Shown here piece after piece: positions 24,461-36,399 of a stretch of DNA of 64,000 nt. Under the pieces are notes generated by a model. That model had not been told where the DNA came from. It saw only the letters and a list, made by a program, of their open reading frames with translations, and made no database searches. Every line of letters begins with the position of its first letter. Position 1 is the first letter of the stretch. The stretch is from NCBI RefSeq assembly GCF_002113885.1, contig NW_018408914.1, positions 256,731 through 320,730 on the forward strand. The letters run 5' to 3'. A program made the translations under genes and the position numbers. This DNA is from Mizuhopecten yessoensis (lineage: Eukaryota).

Positions 24461-25345
24461 ACTACTGCTCGGCAAAAGATATTAGAAAGATGACTGTTGT
24501 ATGGTGTATACTCTAAGAAAAGTTATTTTGTTTGGTGAAAACCATTAGAAAAGTTACTGTGAGAAAATGTATTATACTATTTAAAAAGTAACCAATATTT
24601 GGTAACTATAAGAAAAGTTACAATGGTTCAGTAAAACTGTCAGAAAAAATGTTATTACTGATTCGTAAAATAATATGAGAACTAGATGATGTTTGAAGTC
24701 ATAAGTATGCACAGACTCCTGCTTTAATAAAAATGAAGCTTAACGCAAAGTTAAATGCAAAGTTTGACCAAAGTCAGTGATGAGTAAAATACAGGTCACG
24801 GTGACCTACATTCGATATTGGCGCATATCCTACGCCACATGAAACTTAACTTATTACTTACAAGATCCTAAAAAGAAAATTATCTGGCATTTCAAACCAC
24901 AAGTTCCGAAAAAACGCTATCGTCGGCAGTGACAGTAAGAACTGGGGAGTAAAGGTAAAATACTACATGTAGCTCTACCCATTGGCTCGGTCCATGTGAC
25001 GTGTCATGTGATGCAATGACTTAACTCCTGAAACTATAGTCCGGTTAAAATTATTTACAACATCTATCCTTTGATTCAAAAACAGTAGCATTTATTGTAG
25101 CTTTACTTTTGTACATGGAAAGCGTTAATAACGATAACACATACAAATGTGTCGTTCGTTTTACTGTACTTTGATTAAATTTACCATGCATCGATAAGAA
25201 TTAACGTGCATTTAAATAAAAAAAATTGATTGGCTTAATTTGGGAAACATAGAAATGCTCGACACAGCTGGCAGTTAATGTAAACCATCCACAGATCTGC
25301 CATTAAAAACTGGTCCACTTATTGACTGAATCCTGAGAGACAACA

Positions 25346-26436
25346 TTAATTGATTGAGTCCGTACTGGTTGTGGAGGTATTTGTACCTGTACTATCTCCT
25401 CTGTTCAGCGAGTTGTATACACTCTGGTGTGAGAGGTACCCCGCATGCGCGGAAACTGGTATGTGCGAGTTTGCAAAAGAAGCCAACATGGCGGGGTTGT
25501 GCATCATCCGGTTTGTCATGATTGGTGGTATTTGTCCAGGGTAGGGGAGAGGCATGGGGATAAACATACTGAGATCCCTCGCAGTTGGGTTACAGCCCAG
25601 GCGCTGAGCGAGGGACGTATGCGCCTGTGGGATGGATGGCGTCGGCATTTGAGCGCCCCCGGCGACGGTTACTGATATGCCTGCCGCGGCCAGACCTGGC
25701 TGGAACACAGTCAGGGTGTCCTCCGCCCTACCCCTCGCTATTGTCGTGGAGGCGGCCTGTACGGCACCAGAGAATGATTGTGATGACGCCGCTGGGGAAC
25801 TTCTCTGAATTTCTGGGTCGACTGGTGTGTTCACCGGGTTGCTACTCCTCGCGTGCAGATCGCCGTTTGTTTGATATGCATGGTTACCGACAATATGGTT
25901 GCTGTTGGTTTGGTAGTTCTTTGGTTGGTGGCTGTGTATTTGGGTTCCAGTTCTTTCGTTGACCTCTCGGCTGCCATCCCCCTGACTATTAACTAACGTG
26001 ATACTTTGGCATGGCTTGTTTAACTTGCAGGATGGTCCATGTATCGAATCACTTGAAGCATAACGTTTCCGTTTATTTGATGGACACGGCCATGATGGTT
26101 TATCTCCTTGAGTTGATGACGCGTTAGTCTCGGTCGGATTTGCCGCTTTGTTGGTTTGACTAGTTAGACGATCTGTAGGTGTACTGTCAATGGGTTCTTC
26201 CACATTCTTCTTTATAGCTGTACACTTCTGAGATGGCTCCGCGACCGACGAGCCTTTCTTGGGGGCTGTGGAGGCGGTGACTGTGATTGGACCGTCACCC
26301 GACATGGCGCCTGGCGACAATGTGATGTTCAGTGTGATGCTGGTCGTAGTAAGGTCCATCGGTGTGACGTCATCAATTTTGTGTTTATTGGAAACATCTC
26401 CGTCTTTAGATGTTGATTCTTCACACTGGATTTCAC
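25346..26436 (-). CDS. DUF3504/Crypton-derived protein, terminal coding exon (low-complexity S/T/P/N tail with PMDLT motif)
   Basis: Acceptor tttttgttctacAG| phase 1 runs in frame into the 337-aa ORF ending at 25346; AATAAA on the - strand near 25092. Confidence 0.8.
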
Positions 26437-26734
26437 CTGTAGAACAAAAACAAGTATTTTTGAGCTACTCTTTACTATTACCAAACCGAAAAAAGACCTG
26501 GCTCTTAAATGATCGATAAGCTATTATAAGATAGTATATTCATAAACCAAAATTGCGTAGACCAGATTAAAGACCTGTGCCTTTTGAATTTCGTGAAATT
26601 GGTCACTGTACATATCAAAATATGTAATTATTCCCTTAACTTGAAAGAGTTATTTAAATTTCAAATCATCAATAATCTCTCTGATGACTATATAAAGCCA
26701 TTCAAAAAGGTTTTACTATCAACTAGCTAACAAC

Positions 26735-26887
26735 CTGTGCTTGAGTCCTGGTATATCTGGATCCGCTTCAGCCAAGCTCCAAATCCTGCCAAACTTCCGG
26801 GATCAAGTGTTTTCAACATTTCCCGGAATTTGAACTTGGCGTCTTGGACTGCCGCCATTACGGAGACGCTCAACGTAGCAGGATTAC
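26735..26887 (-). CDS. DUF3504/Crypton-derived protein, internal 153-nt exon
   Basis: ttttaaAG|...ACAG|gttgtt; phase 1-1, open frame GNPATLSVSVMAAVQDAKFKFREMLKTLDPGSLAGFGAWLKRIQIYQDSST. Confidence 0.78.
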
Positions 26888-28139
26888 CTTTAAAATAATG
26901 AAATAATCAATTATGTAAGTGGACAAAAGATTCGTTTATATTTTACTGATTTTAAAGAAGTTGTGAAATAAAAACATTTTTTTTTTGCGATCATTTACAT
27001 TTCGACGATTGACAAAGTACATTTGGTATGAATTGTGAAATACTGATTTCTACAATATAACTACGATAAGCTAGTCTCCATTGGTTCTAGTGACAATACA
27101 TAGGAACGTTATCGTACAACATCGTACAACACACAATGTGTGTCATTCAACTTGTGCCATATCTTCAGACCTATATTAAGAAACCGTCCTTGATATCCAA
27201 CAGATTCTAAAGTTCTCAGAACGTCGGAAACGGGTTATCAGATAGCCGTCCCGATAACATCCGGGGCGAGGTGCGGTGAGTACAGAGACCCTTTCACCTC
27301 GCCACAAGTATATCCCCCTGACAGTATCTAAACCCTCCGAGCCACAAGGGGATGATATGCTGTGTTGTCCTATCGTCTAGATACCAGCTCGAAATACCAT
27401 CGTATAGCTATACGCTGTTCTTAAAAATTGTGTGCTTTTAAACATATCTGTAGCCATTATATCGATCGTGCTACTTATTCTCAATATTACATTATAATAT
27501 TATCAAACGCTTTGCAGTAAGAACAACCCGAGCTAATCGGACTACCGCAGCAGTGATCCGATTGAAAACACACATAATATTTGTAATAGAAATATACACA
27601 AAAATCTAAATTTCAGTGGTTTTAACATGCTCATCCACTTACGTAACAATCTATGCGAAATGTCTGATTGTCTGTGTCTAGATATATAACCTACAGTGGA
27701 CATTTAAAGATATTGTCTACTGGTAAATACTAAATAGCATTTCAGTTAAATAGCTGTACCCCTTTTCTTGCGTGCACCACTGGTGATAGGTTTGTGCAAA
27801 CTTTGGGTCAGAGAAAACTGTAAATAATGGTCCGTTTCAGAGATATTCACTGGGTAAAACATTTGCTATCTCGTTAAATACATGGTTATAAATGTGAACC
27901 TTTTAATATAGAACGATTGAGGTTTTTCGTTGGTTTTTGAACAAACAAAAAATTGTATTACAGGTTTCACTCGGCGTCCGGCTTAGGTTTGTATTTGAAA
28001 GAGATAAAGTTGTAAAGAAAAGAAAATGATATCGAGAAAAGGATTCAAGGAATGATTCACCTTTTCAAACGTATAAAACGTATTAAAAGACAATTGCAAT
28101 GGAGAGAGCCAAAATAATAAGACTGCAAGTCAAAGAATG

Positions 28140-28615
28140 TGAACATGATAAGATGTATTTCGTAAAGCTATAACATTTATTCAAACAGGTATCACTCGTC
28201 ACGTAAAGCTGTACCATTTAGTCAGACAGGTATCACTCGTCACGTAAAGCTATAACATTTAGTCAGACAAGTATCACTCGTCACGTAAAGCTATACCATT
28301 TAGTCAGACAGGTATAACTCGTCACGTAAAGCTATACCATTTAGTCAGAAAGGTATCACTCGTCACGTAAAGCTATACCATTTAGTCAGACAGGTACATG
28401 TATCACTCGTCACGTAAAGCTATACCATTTAGTCAGACAGGTTTCACTCGTCACGTAAAGCTATACCATTTAGTCAGACAGGTAACACTCGTCACGTAAA
28501 GCTATACTATTTAGTCAGACAGGTATCACTCGTCGCGTAAAGATATAACATTTAGTCAGAAAGGTATCACTCGTCGCGTAAAGATATAACATTTAGTCAG
28601 AAAAGTATCACTTTC
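28140..28615. repeat. 41-bp minisatellite (tcactcgtcacgtaaagctataccatttagtcagacaggta)
   Basis: Period 41 (28192, 28233...). Confidence 0.93.
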
Positions 28616-28624
28616 AACGTTTAA

Positions 28625-28990
28625 AGAGCGGGCTGAGAAACATACCCATGTGCTTAACTGGCACACTGGTGCTGGGGGCGGGCTGAGAAACATGTCCCTG
28701 TGCTTACCCGGCCCACTGGTGCTGAGGGCGGGCTGAGAAACATGGCCCTGTGCTAACCCAGCCCACTAGTGCTGATGGCGAGCTGAGAAACGTGTCCCTG
28801 TGCTTAGCCGGCACACCGGTACTGGGGCGGGCTGAGAAACATGTCCCTGTGCTTACCCGGCACACTGGTGCTAAGGGCGCGCTGATAAACATGCCCATGT
28901 GCTTACCCGGCACACTGGTGCTGAGGGCGGGCTAAGAAACATGTCCACGTGCTTACCCGGCACACTGGTGCTGAGGGCGGGCTGAGGTAC
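28625..28990. repeat. ~50-bp GC-rich minisatellite (gcgggctgagaaacatgtccctgtgcttacccggcacactggtgctgagg)
   Basis: Period ~50 (28628, 28678, 28728...). Confidence 0.92.
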
Positions 28991-29054
28991 ATGCACCTAT
29001 AAATCGTCTACTTACCCGGGACTTTTGCTCCTGTTGTGGGCGGTATGTACTTAC

Positions 29055-30639
29055 CCTGTGAATTGATGTTGAGGGTAGGCTGGGGAATATCCATGGGAGA
29101 TCGAGACCGCGTGTCACTACTAATAGAGATACTCCGGGAGAATGTTTTGGACTGTGAGACAGGAAGCTGTAACCGCTGTATCTTCAAGTCATCATCTTCT
29201 TCCTCCCGGGACCAGCTGTCGGGTAGGGTAGCGTTTGGACATTTTTCAACATATCCTGGCTCCTCCTTGATTCTGTTTAAACTTGAATTAAACAATGGCG
29301 TGCTTTTCTCACTTTCAGTTTTGAGTGATTCTCTAGCAGAATGGGAAAAAGACACAAACGCGTTAATGTTTCGGTCAGCTTCCGGTGACTGTGATATGTA
29401 AGTCAGTGTGTTGTGCGATGTGGGAGATCCGGATGAGGAGGGTAAGTGGGTCGTGTAGCTCTCGGACAGTAAGGACTCGGCCGGGGGGTTGAGCGCGGCA
29501 CGGGGGAGGCCCGTGATGTCGCGGATCATGCGGACAAGATCACTGAGTTTGTTAACGCCCATAGCGCATGTCCGATACCATGCCTGCACGGGGGACGGAT
29601 GGAGAGTTGTTATACCAAGATAAAATGGCGAGTTTTCGTGCTGCATATTTGGAGGTCGTTTTTGGCTGTAGAGTTTGTATATTCCGACTGGATCTCGCTC
29701 GGGTACCTCTGGTTGAGCCCATATACAAAGCTTCGTGTACGATGAACGACATTGCTCGGGCTTGGCAGATGTGGTGTTGGTGGTGTTTGCGGTAGTTGCT
29801 TGTGTGTTTGAAGAGGAGGTGGCGCCATCGATCTGACCACGGCTAAGGATAGGCTCATATAGAATATATTCCTTCCCGCTCTGGTCCGCCCGAAGTTTAA
29901 TATCGCCCCAGACTAGGTTCTTGTGGTCTATCGCCTTTCGCAAACGGAAGTGGACGATGAACATGAAACACATACTGTTAATGATAGACATTGGTGTGTA
30001 TGGTCCCATCTCCCGTGCGGTAAACAATTGGTTGACCTTGTCCAAAGTCACTTTGCCAAAGGGTTCATTGGGTTTTTTGCTGCCCTTACCAAGCTCTCGT
30101 AACCTCTGTTGCTTGTATTTGAGCGCGTGTCGTGTGTTTACGAAAACCACATCGCGGGTAACAGAGGCCTGGTAGCTCTTCATCTTCAGATACCGCTCCA
30201 CGCTACAAAGCATGCCCCTCAGACTGGCCGGCTCGTACTCATTCCCGTCGTGTTTTTTGACGATAGTGAAGAAGTTAGATAGATACCTGTCAAGTTCCAG
30301 GGGAGGAATCGTCTCCGGCGGTCGGGAATCGTTGAGAGATCTGAGATAGGCTATCAAAATCCGAATGTCCGTGTCAGTCTTACGTTGGGTATTCCGGTTT
30401 TCCATGTTGATGCCAAGGTCGTCTTCCGTATCCGGCCCTCCATAATCGGAATAGTTACCGATGCCAGAGCTACTGGGGTGAGCATGCTCCTTACGTGCAG
30501 AAATCCCAGACCATAAGCGATGGTTTTCTGTCATCACATTTTCTTCAGTAGAATCGTCTACCTGGTCCTCGTCGCTGTCTATCGCCAATGAGTCGTCGTC
30601 TGAGTCATTGTCTGTCCTACTTTCGTTGACTTTCTCCAT
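29055..30639 (-). CDS. KIAA1958/ZMYM/QRICH1-like DUF3504 (Crypton tyrosine-recombinase-derived) protein, first coding exon
   Basis: ENRNTQRKT...LDRYLSNFFTIVKKHDGNEYEPASLRGMLCSVERYL...LRELGKG...FRLRKAIDHKNLVWGDI...RDPVGIYKLYSQKRP...PFYLG...WYRTCAMGVNKL follows the Crypton-A/DUF3504 pattern; donor G|gtaagt phase 1; joined CDS 1585+153+1091=2829 nt = 942 aa. Confidence 0.88.
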
Positions 30640-31050
30640 TTCAACACATTTTCAAACAAATAAAAAAGAACCACTAATAGATGTTTAGTCGTCCTCGTCG
30701 TAATAGTGACAGCTCTTAAATGGTATCGTACAAGTACCAAAGGGGAGGTAAGTTAGAGAGATAACGTTTAGTGCCGATATTGGTCGTATTGACTGATAGC
30801 CCGCGGGTTATACAGATAAGGCGCTCCTGTACTGTATAATAACCTCAACACACGATAACAAATCCAGACCGTTGTATCAAATACATAAAAATTCTCTAAA
30901 AGTGTTTTTTTTCTTTTTTTCTCCTCTTAGGCAAATTATGAGCCAAGTACCAAATATGCGAACTAAATTAATATCTACATCATGTTAATTAGTACTGTAT
31001 CCTTCCCAATCAAACGATATGCTACAAAATCACAATATATAGTGACTCAG

Positions 31051-31295
31051 CTGAGCCCCTATTCATGAAACCGTTCTCCTGCTCAAGCATGGATCCTGTG
31101 CTCAAACCAACTTTCTTGTAACTCGATTAAATCATGTCAAACGATCAATACGTCAAATGTAAACATTGAAAACAGTATTTAAGTTTAAGTCTCAAAGAAA
31201 GACTTATTTATCAATTTATAACCAGAAGAAGAAATTAGGCTTGAGCACAAACTCCATGCTTAAGCATGAGAACGGTTTCATGAATACATGCCCTG
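31051..31295. mobile_element. MITE with ~65-bp imperfect TIRs, probably PIF/Harbinger-like
   Basis: tattcatgaaaccgttctc-tgct-aagcatgga...tgtgctcaa is inverted at the right end; CTG at both boundaries. Confidence 0.8.
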
Positions 31296-32944
31296 GTCGT
31301 ATGATTTCAGAATAGTTGAAATCTTCCACTGTAAGACACATCTAAAGCCTTGAACTGTTATGTGTGTATCTGATATATTTAGGTAGGACTGTCCAGTAGA
31401 CAGACCCATTCACACTGTGTGTCATTTCCAAGTTACGTGTGTGTTATCTAAAAAACATTGTAGTTACAACAGTTCGTCGGAACATTGTGGTTATCTGACG
31501 ACTTAACGAAGAAATAGGACTTCAAACTTTAAATGCTAACTCATGTCATTAGCATGTGACGTGTAACATGGGTTTGCCACCACATCAAATGTTATCATAT
31601 TTAATATAAGCTGCTGTAAACCATACATTAAAATGTTAAGAATTATTTCTGTTTGTAATAATATATTTTATTTCCTTTCATGTCTCTTGGACACCTGTTA
31701 GTTATGTGGCCCCGTCAGACCGTCCCCTGACCTGACCTCTTGGTCGGCGAGGGTGTGATATCTACAGATGACAGTATACTCACGGCACGATACTTATCGG
31801 AGAGGTCCTGATACGGGAACTCCCGAGAGCTTGTATCCTCTATATTAGGCCAGTATAACTCTTGAGATAGTACAGTCGTGGTTTCCTATCTATCCCCTAC
31901 TCGCTCCCTAGTAGTGCATACTAAATGTTGTTTCCTTTACAGTTTTTGTGTATTGGGGAATCTAACCCAATGTGATGCACTGACGTTCTGTTCTATTCCA
32001 CATGCACGTAATACGAAACGAACTACGTCCAGATACACGCGTTTTGTGAACGAAGGGAGGCAACTCGTACATGTTGTGTGCACAGCATTTATTCATCCAT
32101 TCGAGTAATGGGATTGAAAAACAGGCTAGGCCGATGTTGCATTCTGGATTTAAGTGTGTAACTTTGTTTAACAAAATCATACAAAGAATTTTAATTGGCT
32201 TAAAAAAGCATCTAAATGTGTATGCTTCATGCGTTTTAGACATACTTTATTATCTTTCTCGTGATAATTGATTAATTCACCAGGTAGAAAAGGCTAATTT
32301 GTGGAAATGGCACTTGTGAATGATGTATTAGATGTAGTTCTACTGTAAGTTTGAAAAATGTAATAAATCTAATGACTTGAAAAAGTATTATAGTTTTAAA
32401 ACGCTCATAATAATACTAGCTATTGTATGTTGAAATCATGTAATATACTGTATTAATTACTGCTTAGTCCACTTATCACATGACTTCAAGGAAAACCCAC
32501 TTTTCGATGTAATTTAGTTCGTTCAGAATAGATATTACTCAACGGAAACCTACACACACACACAAAAATGTTATAAAGAATAATGTTTTTTTTCTGTTTC
32601 GATTTGTCGGTAACAAATTTTATATTGAATTTTATAAAGTACATGTATAAAGGTTAAAATTGATATAGTAGGCCTATTTAGTTATGCACGTTTTCAACTG
32701 GTAAAACACTCATACAAATGACTGCCTATATATATTGTACTGTATAAATCAGCTGTTTTGTATGCATTTTGCATGAACAAATATTATTATTATTATTATT
32801 AGTAAAGCCAACAAAATTAGTCATTTACCCCCACCCACCACCCGCCCCTCCCAGATACGTAAATATAATAGATCTACGCCTCTGTCCCCCTACCCCAAAC
32901 AGAAATAAAAAAAAAAATCAATTTGTTTCAAAATTAAAAAGACA

Positions 32945-32989
32945 CTTCTAGCACGGACTTAGATAACTAATCTAATTCCGTGCTTCTAG
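32945..32989. mobile_element. 31-bp transposon-end relic with 7-bp TSD (putative P-superfamily excision footprint, opposite orientation)
   Basis: cttctag-CACGGACTTAGATAACTAATCTAATTCCGTG-cttctag. Confidence 0.75.
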
Positions 32990-33244
32990 TAGGCATAAGA
33001 TTCCTTTAATTGACACAAACATACTGAAATAACTTTAGTAGAGTACGTATATTTTTTAAACCTATATAATTTACGTTTTGAATAATCATCAAACCTTGCT
33101 TATGTGTTGTATATAGGCAACCGATGGTCTGCTGATATATGTTACTGGTCACTTCAGAGTGTGAATGGTCTAATAATGATACAGGTGATATCAACAGGTG
33201 AGGAGGCCTGACTGCGGGGCTAGATGTCATCATGACCGCAACTT

Positions 33245-33402
33245 TCACTGCGCATTCAACTTGCGCATATCAAACCAATATGGAAGACAGCGTTACGACA
33301 GGTGTCAGCTGAGACGGAGTATGAAAACAAAACTTTTTGGAAGTATTATGCTTTGATGTTGACTGTTTGTTGCATGGTTTCAACCTTTGATTTTCAAATG
33401 AG
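33245..33402 (+). promoter_or_regulatory. Candidate promoter and non-coding first exon of the downstream + strand gene
   Basis: Paired TGCGCA motifs at ~33250-33268, then donor-like GAG|gtaaac at 33402; acceptor tgtgtttcAG at 34354 precedes the ATG at 34446. Confidence 0.35.
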
Positions 33403-34445
33403 GTAAACAACAACATTTGTTATCGCTACAAATTCTTTATCCAACCGATGTTGGCTTTGTTATTGTTTCATTCATACGCATAGGAATTTGACTTAGTTGA
33501 CGAATACTGTAGTAGAGTAGACCCCACTGTAGTAATATTTCGGTTGGGATCAGTCTGCAACATATACCGAATTTCTGCATACTAACAAATCTTAAATAGA
33601 TTATAACAGCTTTCACTGCAGAATGTATCATTTCGTCAGGTTCCTCCTTTGTCGAATGCCAAAAGTCTTGGTCGGTTTTAACTGTTTAAGGGGTGTGTAT
33701 CATGGTATGAGGGTGTGTATTGCACTGGAAGTCATGTAGGCCTACTGTGTATGATCAGCATGCATAGGCTACGTAACAATTAACAACCGATTTATGTTGT
33801 CTGCGTGATGTTATTTGAATTAAATATCATTAAACTAATCGAATTATGCAACTTAAAATTGTTAAAACTGATTGTCTGCGGTCTGTAATAAGATTTGTTC
33901 AGTGTGTAAATGTCATTCCATTACAAGATGAACAAGATGACAAAAGAAGGGAAGTCGTCAGGTCTGTAGTTCAGCACATGCATAACAAGATATATGCGAT
34001 GTGTAAATATGTGAAATAATGTCTCTTGAAACTGCATGCTTGATCCAGTTTGTTGTTTATAGTGTTACTCTGTTACTTAGGTTTGACCAGTCAATCAAAA
34101 CATAATGAGGAATCAGTCACTCACTCAGATGATGTAATTGATGAACCAATAAGTTACCAGCTACAATTTCTTGGTTCTCTTGGCACACATTAATTTTCTG
34201 TATGACCTGGTATGCATACCGTATTAGGGATGTTTTGGACTTAGCAAAAAATTGATCGCTACTAAGGTTATGAGTATAAGGCTACTTCTTTTAATGTCTA
34301 TATATTACAAAATTTAACTTTCATAGTAGATTTTATTTGCATTATGTGTTTCAGTTCACAAATTCGCAGCAAGATTATGGAAGTGAGTTTCTGAGGTGTT
34401 CACATCGAACTTTTGACAGGGTTGTGATGTTTGTAGTACCATAAC

Positions 34446-34843
34446 ATGATGGACACTGGTCAAGTGGTACTTCAAGACCCTCCAAAGAGGGCACCTCCTC
34501 TAGGAAGCCCCACCCACACAGCAGTGGCAATGACCCACATCAGTAGTATTAACGGCATCCCGCCACCTCCAACGCATCCTCACAACAGCGACATTACTAC
34601 AGGCTCAACAATGTTTCCAGTGACAGCAGTGATTCCAGCCAAACCAAAGAGAGCAGTGACAATAAACAACAATACAGTAATTGACAAATCATTACATCAG
34701 CAGGTGGGCCAATCTTCCCCTCAAACTCAGGGAAAGGATTCTGCTCCCTGTCGTCTGGAAAATCCATCTGTCCCCAGCACTCTAAAAAGTCATGGTCAGC
34801 CCATCACAACCAATGGCAATGTGCAACATGAACATCCCAAAAG
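34446..34843 (+). CDS. First coding exon of an unidentified protein (P/T/S-rich disordered N-terminus)
   Basis: 132 open codons in a GC-richer island, ending at a perfect AG|gtaagt donor (phase 2); no recognisable domain. Confidence 0.7.
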
Positions 34844-35099
34844 GTAAGTACATACGTACTGAGTTATTAGTTTGTACTTTCAGATAGTATTTATTAATGA
34901 GGAATTAGAAGTACTAAGAGTATTAACAGGTAGATGAGGCCCAATTTCCTCTTCAGGCCTACATGTTTTCACAACAGCATAGTAATACTGGTACACCATT
35001 TGGTTCCTAATGTATTACTAAATAGTATATATTTATATAATATGGCATCTTTATTTGATGTAGTGGAAATGAAGCTTGTTTTAGAATATGAATGTTGAG

Positions 35100-35585
35100 G
35101 GTTGATATTATGGCTGTATATCAAGCCAGTTGATATTATCGCTGTCTATTTATATAATTAGCCAGTATATATTTAGCCAGTAGATATTATGGCTGTCTAT
35201 TTAGCCAGTTGATATTATGGCTGTATATTTTGCCAGTTGATATTATGGCTGTCTATTTAGCCAGTATATATTATCGCTGTATATTTAGCCAGTATATATT
35301 ATCGCTGTATATTTAGCCAGTATATATTATCGCTGTATGTTTAGCCAGTATATATTATCGCTGTATATTTAGCCAGTAGATATTATCTCTGTATATTTAT
35401 ATAATTAGCCAGTAGATATTATGGCTGTCTATTTATATAATTAGCCAGTAGATATTATGGCTGTCTATTTAGCCAGTTGATATTATGGCTGTATATTTAG
35501 CCAGTTGATATTATGGCTGTCTATTTAGCCAGTATATATTATCGCTGTATATTTAGCCAGTAGATATTATCTCTGTATATTTATG
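35100..35585. repeat. 28-bp minisatellite (tttagccagtagatattatggctgtata)
   Basis: Period 28. Confidence 0.9.
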
Positions 35586-36399
35586 CTGTTTCGGATGTCC
35601 ACACTACATATACATATGACTGGCACATTTGAGACAGGAAATAAGTCATTATAATGTGGTGGTAAGTTGATCAGCTATCTGGACTAGCTCTTCAGTTACT
35701 AAGTGTGGATTGTTATGTAACTGAATGGGTAAAGTTCATTCAGAATGAAATCAGATTATGACTCAATTCTCCACATCATTTGAATGAAATATTAATAGCT
35801 ACTTTCCATTAAAAAGAAAGGAGTAAAAATGTCCCAGTCAAAATTTTGTGCAGATTGTCCTTGATGCTAATAATATGAGTATTGAACTCCAGTCTCCCAT
35901 TATAGCACATTTGTAATGTATTTCCATATAGTGTTAATGTCTGCTTTTTAAAGTGAGACAAAAGTAAGTAAGAAATTCTCTTAAACACAAATTCATGTTT
36001 AATAAAAATAATTGCAAATACTTTGAAAGCTACAGGAAGACTTCCTTACACAACAGGTCTACCAGTGTAACATCCAGAAAGCTGTTGTAGAGGAGAGATA
36101 CTGATCAGGCTTATAGACCCTTTAAACAGGCTGTACTTTATTTACATTTAAAGTGGTGAACTATCTTGGTGGCAGTTGGTACCATCCCTCTGTACACAGA
36201 ACACTAACTGCTACTTGTGCTGATTGATACACAATCATTGCTGTCTAGGAATTACCTTATATATACAGGATTGTAAATTTCACAGCCACTAACATAAATA
36301 CATGTAGGTCAACGCTGAAGTACATATTATACCTACTGCTATTGATGATTACGAGGCACTTTTAATCAAACTTGTTGCTGTTTACCTTTTTTCCCCTGG

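Noticed and set aside
29036-30175. Antisense and alternate-frame ORFs over the DUF3504 exon (likewise over 22375-23367 and 25350-26519)
   Set aside because: Shadow ORFs of GC-richer real coding sequence.
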